64,000 nt of DNA, from NCBI GenBank assembly GCA_046091285.1, contig JBJTBH010000218.1, forward strand, positions 1,176 through 65,175, written 5' to 3'. The notes below the pieces were generated by a model, which was given only the letters and a program-made list of their open reading frames with translations, ran no database searches and was not told where the DNA came from. Numbering within the stretch: the first letter of the stretch is position 1; each line of letters begins with the position of its first letter. This document shows positions 1-7,708 of this stretch, piece by piece. The DNA is from Cyanobacteriota bacterium. Its GTDB lineage: Bacteria; Cyanobacteriota; Cyanobacteriia; PCC-6307; Cyanobiaceae. The translations under genes and the position numbers were made by a program.

Positions 1-19
1 TCAGTGATGGATGGCAACA

Positions 20-2467
20 ATGCGGGTCTCGCTCCAGTGGCTCCAGGAGCTCGTGACCGCAGAGCTGCCTCCCCCTGCCGATCTGGCCGAACGGCTCTCC
101 ATCGCCGGGTTCGAGGTCGACGCCCTCGAAGACCTGGCGGCCCAGGCGGCCGGAGTCGTGGTGGGCCATGTGCTCGAACGCCAACCCCATCCCAACGCCG
201 ACAAGCTCAGCGTCTGTCAGGTCGAAGTCGGGGATTCGACCCCCCTGCAGATCGTCTGTGGTGCCGCCAACGTCCGGGCCGGCATCCATGTGGCCGTGGC
301 CAGGGTCGGCGCCGTGCTCCCGGCTGTCGACCTGACGATCAAGCCGGCGGAGCTGCGTGGTGTGGCCAGCACCGGGATGATCTGCTCGCTGCGCGAACTC
401 GGACTGAGCGATCAGAGCGACGGGATCGCCATCCTCGAGGAGCTCCTGGATACAGTGCCGGCTCTCGGCAGCCCGATCGGTCCCTGCTTGGGTCTCGACG
501 ATCAGATCCTGGAACTGGCGATCACAGCCAACCGTCCCGACGGGCTCTCGATGCTCGGCATCGCCAGGGAGGTGGCCGCCCTGACCGGCGGCCGTGTCCA
601 GGCACCCGCAGCCCCATCGTCGATGGTGGCCTCTTCCCTGCCCGTCGATGCGGACACCCGCTCGATGATCGAAACGGGGGGAGTCTTCAGCCTCACCCGG
701 CTGGAGGGACTCAGGGTCGGCCCTTCCCCCTCCTGGTTGCAGCGCCGCCTCGAGAAAGCCGGCCTGCGCTCCATCAACACCGTGGTCGACATCACCAACC
801 TCGTGATGCTGGAAACCGGTCAACCGCTTCACGCCTTTGATGCCGAGGCCCTGGCCGCCCTGCCCGGAGCCGCAGACCGACCCGACGCTCTCGGCCTGCG
901 TCAGGGCCGGGAGGGCGAATCACTCACCACTCTCGATGGGGAAGCCCGCGACCTCAACGGCGATGCCCTGGTGGTCACCTGGGCGGATCAACCGATCGCT
1001 CTTGCCGGCGTCATCGGTGGGAAGGCTGAATCGGTAGCTCAGGGCACGCAGACGATCTGGCTGGAAGCCGCGATGTTCGCTCCCCAGGCGGTGCGCCGCA
1101 GTGCCCGGTCAGTCGGTCTGCGCACCGAAGCCAGCACGCGCTTCGAGAAGGGGCTGCCAAGGGAGATGACCCTGGTCGCGAGCGATCGGGCCGTACAGCT
1201 GCTGGTGGATCTCTGCGGAGCACAGCCGAAGGGCCGCTGGCTGCACGCCGCACCGACCAGGGCCACGGCACCGATTCGCCTGCGGCGCGATGGTCTGCAC
1301 AATCTGCTGGGTCCGACCGGCGATGGCAGCGATCTTCCCGATCTGGAGATCACAGAGACCCTGACCGCTCTCGGCTGTGAGCTGCAGGCCTGGGAGGACG
1401 GGGAAGGCTGGTCCGTGACCATTCCACCCTCGCGGGCGATGGATCTGCAACGAGAGGTGGACCTGATTGAAGAGGTGGCCAGGCTGGTCGGCTACGACCG
1501 TTTCGCCAGCCATCTTCCGGATCCGATTGAACCGGGTGGCCTCACCCCCCGGCAGCAGGCCGAACGCCGCCTGCGAGAGGCGCTGTGCCTGGCTGGCCTG
1601 CAGGAAACCACGGCGCTGTCGCTGGTGGAGGAGGCTCCCGCCCGCCTGGCCCTCAGCAATCCCCTGCTGGCCGATTACAGCCATCTGCGTGACAATCTGC
1701 ACGATGAGCTGCTTCAGGCTGCGCGGCGGAATCTGCAGGCCTCCCAGCCCGGCTTCTGGGCCTTTGAAATCGGCCATGTCTTCCGGGGTGTCCCCGGTGA
1801 ACAGCAACAGGTGGCTCTCCTGACCGGCGTTCTCAGTGGTGAACGCCGCGCTGAGCGCTGGACCAGCAGCGGCAAACGCCGGCCACCGGGATACTTCGAA
1901 GCCCGCGGAGTGCTGCAGCAGGCCCTGACCTCCCTGAAGCTGCCGATCGAGGACCGGTCCCTGCCCACCGATCCGAGCCCTGCTGCACCGCTGCTCCACC
2001 CTGGGCGTGCAGCGCAGCTGGTGGTTGAAGGCCGACCAGCCGGATGGTTCGGTCAGCTCCACCCGGAGACAGCGGAAGCCCTTGATCTCCCAGAAGCCAC
2101 CTATGCCTTTGAACTGGATCTGACGGCAGTGCTGACGGCAGCCACACGCCAGACCCGCTGGCAGCCCCTGTTCCGCAGCTTTGCCACCGTGCCGGCCTCC
2201 GAACGCGATCTGGCGATCGTCGTCCCCCAGACCGTCACCTCGAACCAGTTGCTGCAGGCGATGCGCAAAGCGGGCAGACCACTGCTGGAGCATGTGGAGC
2301 TGATCGATCGCTATCAAGGTGAACAGGTGGCCGCCGGATGCTGCAGCCAGGCCTTCCGACTGCGCTACAGGGATCCCGCCCGCACCCTCACCGATGAAGC
2401 GGTGGAGCAAGCGCACGCCAAGGTTCGAATGTCACTGGAACGTCAGTTCCAGGCGCAGCAGCGCTGA
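20..2467 (+). CDS. pheT: Phenylalanine--tRNA ligase beta subunit
   Basis: 818-aa ORF (track 11..2467). MRVSLQWLQELV is the canonical PheT N-terminus, so ATG at 20 is preferred over 11. The length and the C-terminal FDX-ACB-like end (ASERDLAIVVPQ, FRLRYRDPARTLTDEAV) fit PheT. Confidence 0.95.
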   Translation: MRVSLQWLQELVTAELPPPADLAERLSIAGFEVDALEDLAAQAAGVVVGHVLERQPHPNADKLSVCQVEVGDSTPLQIVCGAANVRAGIHVAVARVGAVLPAVDLTIKPAELRGVASTGMICSLRELGLSDQSDGIAILEELLDTVPALGSPIGPCLGLDDQILELAITANRPDGLSMLGIAREVAALTGGRVQAPAAPSSMVASSLPVDADTRSMIETGGVFSLTRLEGLRVGPSPSWLQRRLEKAGLRSINTVVDITNLVMLETGQPLHAFDAEALAALPGAADRPDALGLRQGREGESLTTLDGEARDLNGDALVVTWADQPIALAGVIGGKAESVAQGTQTIWLEAAMFAPQAVRRSARSVGLRTEASTRFEKGLPREMTLVASDRAVQLLVDLCGAQPKGRWLHAAPTRATAPIRLRRDGLHNLLGPTGDGSDLPDLEITETLTALGCELQAWEDGEGWSVTIPPSRAMDLQREVDLIEEVARLVGYDRFASHLPDPIEPGGLTPRQQAERRLREALCLAGLQETTALSLVEEAPARLALSNPLLADYSHLRDNLHDELLQAARRNLQASQPGFWAFEIGHVFRGVPGEQQQVALLTGVLSGERRAERWTSSGKRRPPGYFEARGVLQQALTSLKLPIEDRSLPTDPSPAAPLLHPGRAAQLVVEGRPAGWFGQLHPETAEALDLPEATYAFELDLTAVLTAATRQTRWQPLFRSFATVPASERDLAIVVPQTVTSNQLLQAMRKAGRPLLEHVELIDRYQGEQVAAGCCSQAFRLRYRDPARTLTDEAVEQAHAKVRMSLERQFQAQQR

Positions 2468-2476
2468 CGCCGACAC

Positions 2477-3892
2477 TCAGCCGGCCGTTGCCTGCCTTTC
2501 GAGCACGACCACCGTCTCGACGTGAGATGTCTGAGGGAAGAAGTCAACCGGTTGCACCCGCTGCAGCCGATAAGATCCACCCTCACGACATAACTGACCG
2601 AGGTCCCGGGCCAGGGTGGACGGATCACAACTGATGTAGACGACAATCTGCGGAGGAGCGGTTTCGATGATCGCCAGCACTGCAGGGTCCAGGCCCTTGC
2701 GGGGGGGATCAAGCACGAGGGCCTTCACCCCCTGCAGGGAATCCTGAAGCAGAGCCGCCACATCACCGGCCTGAAAACGACAACGTTCCTCGAGACCATT
2801 GCTGAGGGCATTGCGCCGGGCCTGATCAATCGAACGTTCCTGTTGTTCGATGCCGAGAACATGATGGCCGGCCCGGGCCAGCGGCAGACTGAAGGTGCCT
2901 ACACCGCAGTAGGCATCAAGCACCCGGCCACCGATGAGCTCCGGAGATGGCAGGGCTTCGAGCAGCAGGCTCACGACCCGCTCCGCCTGCGCCGGATGAA
3001 TCTGGAAGAACGTATCGGAGCCGATCCGGAAACGCAGGCCGGCGAAAGCGTCACTGATCCAGTCCCGCCCGACGATGAGGTCAGTCTCCGGACCCATCAG
3101 GGTGTTGGTGGCCCTGGGCTGAAGGTTGAGACAGACCCCGACCACCTCCGGCCAACGCTCCATCCAGCTGCCGGCCATCGCCTCCAGTCCGGGCAGATCG
3201 CGATGGCTGCTGATCAGGGTGATCAGGCATTCACCGGAACGACGGCCGATACGCAGAGCGAGATGGCGCAGGCCACCATCGCCGGAAAGGTTGGCATCCA
3301 CAGGCCAGTCACTGGCCTCAAGATCCGCCTTCAGCGGTTCGATCAGAGCATCGAGGCGCGGATCAAGCACCGGACAGTGGTTCATGTTGACGATGCGATG
3401 GCTGCCGGCGCGATAGAAACCGGCGCGCAGGCGACCATCGACCTGACGCTCGAGGGGAATCGTGGCTCGGTTGCGGTAGCCGAAGCCGACCATCGCCTCA
3501 CCTGCGGCCGGGTCGTCATCGACGAGGATCGGAAGAACGGAGGTCTGCAGCCCACCGATGCGTGAGAGGGCCTGACGCACCCGGTCTTCCTTCCAGTGGG
3601 CCTGGGCCGGGGCTGAAAGATGCTGAATGCTGCAGCCGCCGCAGCGTTCCGCAAGGATGCAGGGAGGACGGCGGCGATCAGGCGAGGGTTCAAGCAGTGC
3701 CAGCCGTTCAGCCACTATGTGGCGCCGGGCCTGATGCACCAACCGCACGCGGACCCGCTCCCCGGGCAGAGCCCCCGGCACGAACACGACCTGCTGATCG
3801 ACGCGGCCGATCCCCTGGCCATCATGGGAGAGCCCATCGATGCTGAGCTCCAGCTGGGCACCCACCAGCAGACGGGGGCTGGACTCTGGCAT
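2477..3892 (-). CDS. 23S rRNA (uracil-5-)-methyltransferase, RumA/RlmD family
   Basis: 471-aa ORF with ATG start. It has a TRAM-like N-terminus, a Cys cluster (CILAERCGGCSIQH), a SAM-binding motif (LDAYCGVGTFSL) and a catalytic-Cys region (VYISCDPSTLARD). Confidence 0.9.
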   Translation of the reverse strand: MPESSPRLLVGAQLELSIDGLSHDGQGIGRVDQQVVFVPGALPGERVRVRLVHQARRHIVAERLALLEPSPDRRRPPCILAERCGGCSIQHLSAPAQAHWKEDRVRQALSRIGGLQTSVLPILVDDDPAAGEAMVGFGYRNRATIPLERQVDGRLRAGFYRAGSHRIVNMNHCPVLDPRLDALIEPLKADLEASDWPVDANLSGDGGLRHLALRIGRRSGECLITLISSHRDLPGLEAMAGSWMERWPEVVGVCLNLQPRATNTLMGPETDLIVGRDWISDAFAGLRFRIGSDTFFQIHPAQAERVVSLLLEALPSPELIGGRVLDAYCGVGTFSLPLARAGHHVLGIEQQERSIDQARRNALSNGLEERCRFQAGDVAALLQDSLQGVKALVLDPPRKGLDPAVLAIIETAPPQIVVYISCDPSTLARDLGQLCREGGSYRLQRVQPVDFFPQTSHVETVVVLERQATAG

Positions 3893-4055
3893 GGACGTCG
3901 GATCCGGAGGCTTCTTCTGACCCTATCGGGCAGAGTCCCCGGGCTCAGCCGGCCGACGGATCCAGCCTCTGATGCAAAGGGCCGTTACACGTTTTGCCAA
4001 TTCCCGGAATGATGAGCGTCGGATCCTTAAACTGACGCAGCGTGTGGCCTCGGCA

Positions 4056-4550
4056 ATGAGCGTCGTTCGGGATCTGATCCTGCAGGCTGATGATCAGCTC
4101 CGCTATCCCAGCGGCGGCGAGCTGCGGTCGATGGTGGACTTTCTCAGCGGTGGCCAGCAAAGGCTGCGGGTCGTGAGAGTTCTCACGGACAATGAAAAGA
4201 AAATCGTCGCAGAAGCGGCTCGACAGCTGTTCAGCCGCAGACCGGATTACGTGGCTCCCGGGGGCAACGCCTACGGTCAGAAGCAGAGAGCCCAGTGCCT
4301 GCGGGATTACAGCTGGTATCTCAGGCTGGTCACGTACGGCGTCCTTGCCGGCAGCACCGAACTGATCCAGAAGATCGGCCTCGAAGGGGCTCGGGAGATG
4401 TACAACAGCCTCGGCGTACCGATGCCGGGCATGGTCGAGGCGATGCGCACCATGAAGGAAGCCGCCGTTGCTCTCCTCAGCAATGAAGACGCGGCTATTG
4501 CCTCTCCTTATTTTGATTTTCTGATCCAGGGAATGCAGACCCCCACTTGA
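4056..4550 (+). CDS. apcD: Allophycocyanin alpha-B subunit (phycobilisome core)
   Basis: The internal ATG at 4056 gives [26 protein letters not shown].., colinear with ApcD as I remember it ([29 protein letters not shown] with the bilin Cys; [17 protein letters not shown]). At 164 aa it has the typical length. The in-frame ATG at 3972 adds a non-homologous extension and was rejected. Confidence 0.9.
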   Translation: MSVVRDLILQADDQLRYPSGGELRSMVDFLSGGQQRLRVVRVLTDNEKKIVAEAARQLFSRRPDYVAPGGNAYGQKQRAQCLRDYSWYLRLVTYGVLAGSTELIQKIGLEGAREMYNSLGVPMPGMVEAMRTMKEAAVALLSNEDAAIASPYFDFLIQGMQTPT

Positions 4551-4626
4551 GCTATCGCCTTCGCTCTCGTTTTCCCGTTTCCTGATTCAGGATGTCAAGA
4601 AGCGGAAATCGTTGATGATTGGACAC

Positions 4627-4652
4627 AAGGCCTGGATTCAGGCCTTTTTTAT
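4627..4652 (+). terminator. Rho-independent terminator of apcD
   Basis: Stem AAGGCCTG (4627-4634), loop GATT, stem CAGGCCTT (4639-4646), then TTTTATT. Confidence 0.8.
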
Positions 4653-4789
4653 TGGCCGGATGACGAAGACAACAAGACGCTGACCAGCCAGCCGGCAACA
4701 AAGAGGAGTCCTTCAAATTCAATAAGTTTATTTGAGACTCTTGAATGGTCTTAAAACAAGGATCATCCGGGTTGCACGAGCCCACTGGG

Positions 4790-4831
4790 GTGCTTGCAGC
4801 GGCCAGAACAGTGCTTGCAGCAGCCAGAGCA
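4790..4831. repeat. Tandem 21-nt repeat x2 (19/21 identical)
   Basis: GTGCTTGCAGCGGCCAGAACA (4790-4810) followed by GTGCTTGCAGCAGCCAGAGCA (4811-4831). Confidence 0.9.
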
Positions 4832-5573
4832 ATGCTGACTGACAACAGCCGCCAGGGAAGCCGGAGCGAAGCGACCCTGACGTCAACCCCTCAGCCGGAC
4901 CTGATGCTGACGCCGACGATCAATGCATCCATCAGCACGGCAACGCAACGGCCGAGCCACCCCGATGCCGGATGCAACGGACAGACAACAGCCGACCGGC
5001 AAAGGCAGCAGCGCGAATCCGAGTAGCGGGAGTCACTGGGGCTCAGCGATCAGACACATTGATCTCAAACAGTTCACAAGCGTCAATGCCTAAGACCCAT
5101 CTCAAATCTGACATAAGATTATCAAGACAAATGATCAGCGCCGCTGGCCAGGACCCGAAAAAGCCAAACAATCAAAAAAATCGTGATCTGAGCGGCTTTT
5201 CACAACTCCGGGAAGCAAGCGCGGGATTCAGATCATCGAAAAAATCGGCTTTTCAACCGGCGACGTACCCCAGGAGCTCGGGCCAGGGACCCGCACCACA
5301 GCCACCGCTGCATCAGCCAAGGGGCCGACAGGCCCGATTTCATGGCGTACCTGCTTCTTACACAGGTACGCAGAACAACGGAACCCTTTCGTAGCAGTGC
5401 TTTTGAGGCCTGTCCACATCCCGTGGACAAGCCCTTTGAGCCCCTGGGACAGAAGCCGCCGATCCGCAGGTGATGCAGGCAGAGAAATGCTCACGAACGA
5501 CTCGGCAACGACAACGAAGCCAGATCAAACTCGGGGCGACATCCAGACCGTTTGTCGCGCAGCGCAGTCAACG

Positions 5574-5603
5574 CCTCAGCCTCCCTCAGCCTCCCTCAGC
5601 CTC
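5574..5603. repeat. Perfect tandem 10-nt repeat x3 (CCTCAGCCTC)
   Basis: CCTCAGCCTC occurs three times head-to-tail from 5574 to 5603, inside the ORF-free block. Confidence 0.95.
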
Positions 5604-5694
5604 CCCGACACTTCGGCACCATCGCGGCAAAACCAGCCGGCTTGAGGGCTCGAATCCAGAGAGCCCGTGGGACCATCCAAAGATACCCATTCAA

Positions 5695-5914
5695 GTCTCT
5701 AATTGAGTCTGATCAATAGACGCATCCAGGAAAAATGGAGAGAGGCCGTTCTCGTCCGGGCCGGCCAGCTGGTCATCGCAGGCGGGAGGCGCCCTGGCGA
5801 TCAACCGCCAAGCGCTCATGACAACCACGTCCGAGCAATCGCCCTCCGCAGCGGGCCCCTGGCCCACTCGAGACGATCATCCATGAAACCATTAATAGAC
5901 TCAATCTAAGAGTC
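5695..5914. repeat. ~220-nt element bounded by imperfect inverted repeats (MITE-like or structured RNA), function unknown
   Basis: ATTGAGTCT (5702-5710) is the exact reverse complement of AGACTCAAT (5897-5905). CTCT (5697-5700) pairs with AGAG (5909-5912) across a small internal loop. The G+C-rich interior contains an inner hairpin (5772-5822). Confidence 0.6.
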
Positions 5915-6398
5915 ATAACGAAACTGGAACGGGAATTCTGAGACAAGAAGGGAACGGGGCGGCAGCAATGGTCGGACACCTCTTGCGCCACGAACCAGGA
6001 TGATCAGGCACGATCAAGGCCTCGGAGCTCGCCGACGAAGCAACCAAACCTCAGGCAAGAGAACCGCCAGCGACAAGACTGGCAGGCCCGTGGACCAGAG
6101 CAGCAGCCCGCTTCTGGTCTCTTAAAACTTATCTTAGTCCTGTTTCGGGACTCAGGCCAAGACGCAACCAAGGATCAAGAGCGGATCCTGCAAGGAACGC
6201 CTTGGCACTCAGCGCACGCATTGGCAACCGGAGACGCCATGGGAATCCAGGCGGCCAGGCGTCGCGGCCAGCGCCCTAAACCGGTCCACCCAGCAGATCA
6301 CACTTCCTAATTGAGACACCACGCAAGACTCATAAAGAGACGCAAAAAAAGACCAACGACGATCTGATGGCGTGATGCTCGGGGCTGGTGACCTGGGC

Positions 6399-7691
6399 TC
6401 AGCCCTCTTTATTGCGATAGAGCTCTTTGAGAAGTTGATACGCCTCATTCAAACGACGCATCATTTCGGCGGATCCTCCGGCATCAGGATGATGATTCAT
6501 GGCCATATCTCGATAGGCCTCACGAATCAGCGGCAGTGTCAATCGTTGCCCGGAATCAAGCGGGATCTTCAGCAACTTCAGGGCTCCATGCAGGGTCATG
6601 GTGTGCTCCAACGTTGCAAAGGAAGCGCCTCTACGGCGGCGGCGGAATCGCTGGACAAAGCGACGGATCAGGGTCGGAATTCGCAGACTCAACGTGGATG
6701 CACTGAAGGGATCTTCCAGCAGACCAGCCAGCACGATCACCCGCTCCAGTGTCGGCGGACCCTCCTGCCACCCTGGGGCACTGGGAGCGATCAGGTGCTG
6801 AGCCAGAGTCCAGGTGAATGCCTCTCCTTCACACTGATCGGATTGACTCCAGATGTCATGGGCCAGCCAGGCCATGGACGCCTCCACGACCGCCTCACTG
6901 GCGGCCTGACCATAGAGACTGAACCAGTGGTCTGCTGCCGTTTCCAGAGCCTTGAGCAGCTCAGGTTCCGACAGAGAAGGCAACACATCAGCATGGCCGG
7001 ATTGATCTCTGGGAGGTGGATTGAGGCTCCGACGCAGCTGCGCCGTGTTGCGTCTGACAAACCCAGGGAGGTCGATGCCGACAGGTCGATTCCGGCGATG
7101 AGGACGCGACGCCTCAGCATCAGGAAATTCAAGGCTCGCCTCCAGGTTCCCTTCCCGATTCACAAGCACCAGAGCTCCTGTTTCATTGAACAGAGCCTCA
7201 GGATTCTGCTCATCCTCCACGGCCTCTGAAGCACCACCCGTGCTCAGGCGATGACTGACAGCCTGTTGAGATCGATCAATCCCGTCATCAGCAGAGGCAA
7301 GATCTGGTGAGGATACCGTCAGATCAGGGAAACCGGCGGAAGAAGGCAGGGACGCCTCCAGGCCCGTCGCCGTCTCCGTCGGATGAAGCGGAGACTCGGG
7401 AACGTGTTGTTCCGAAGAAACAACAGGGGCTGGCGTTGATGTCTGACGATCAGCTTCAGCAACCGATGATGACATCAACAACGGGGCCAGCAATTGGTCG
7501 ATCACAGCCCCGCGGCTGCGCAGACCCCACTCAACCTTCAGACGCGCAAGCATCCGGTGGGAAGCTTCGCTGATATCGGCGCTGAGACGGCGTTTAAATT
7601 CAATCCTGGACCTGGGTTCGGCTGAAGCGACCTGTTCAACCTCTTCTCCTGTGGCGATACCATTGTGATCCCCGCTCTCTCCCTGTTCCAT
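6399..7691 (-). CDS. J-domain protein with ribbon-helix-helix-like N-terminal segment
   Basis: 430-aa ORF with ATG start. The C-terminal J domain reads LTLPLIREAYRDMAMNHHPDAGGSAEMMRRLNEAYQLLKELY and contains HPD. N-terminal residues ~29-68 (RIEFKRRLSADISEASHRMLARLKVEWGLRSRGAVIDQLL) follow a beta-helix-turn-helix (CopG/Arc-like) pattern. The middle is low-complexity and acidic/Ser-rich. Confidence 0.85.
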   Translation of the reverse strand: MEQGESGDHNGIATGEEVEQVASAEPRSRIEFKRRLSADISEASHRMLARLKVEWGLRSRGAVIDQLLAPLLMSSSVAEADRQTSTPAPVVSSEQHVPESPLHPTETATGLEASLPSSAGFPDLTVSSPDLASADDGIDRSQQAVSHRLSTGGASEAVEDEQNPEALFNETGALVLVNREGNLEASLEFPDAEASRPHRRNRPVGIDLPGFVRRNTAQLRRSLNPPPRDQSGHADVLPSLSEPELLKALETAADHWFSLYGQAASEAVVEASMAWLAHDIWSQSDQCEGEAFTWTLAQHLIAPSAPGWQEGPPTLERVIVLAGLLEDPFSASTLSLRIPTLIRRFVQRFRRRRRGASFATLEHTMTLHGALKLLKIPLDSGQRLTLPLIREAYRDMAMNHHPDAGGSAEMMRRLNEAYQLLKELYRNKEG

Positions 7692-7708
7692 GACCGAGAA
7701 AAAATCGC

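Noticed and set aside
3972-4055. N-terminal extensions offered by the ORF track, such as the apcD start at 3972
   Set aside because: The same issue arises for cobN at 20240, pgi at 40906, the PPIase gene at 48529, ilvE at 20707, dacB at 32455 and the DUF3370-like gene at 9787. The extended parts are R/G/P-rich and overlap neighbouring genes. Internal starts reproduce canonical N-termini and typical protein lengths.
5646-5669. GGGCTCGAATCC resembling a tRNA T-arm, which could have indicated a tRNA, tmRNA fragment or integration site
   Set aside because: The flanks do not form a 5-bp T-stem around a 7-nt TTCGAAT-type loop. It folds only as GGGCTC/GAGCCC with a 9-nt loop. No acceptor, D or anticodon arms can be built, and no tmRNA-like tag frame or GGGGCUG 5' end is nearby.
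5735-5821. 28-aa Arg-rich ORF (MERGRSRPGRPAGHRRREAPWRSTAKRS) with an AGGAAAA-like RBS inside the inverted-repeat element
   Set aside because: The composition is what a G+C-rich non-coding stretch yields in any frame. It has no hydrophobic core or recognisable motif. I keep it only as something a conservation test could revive.
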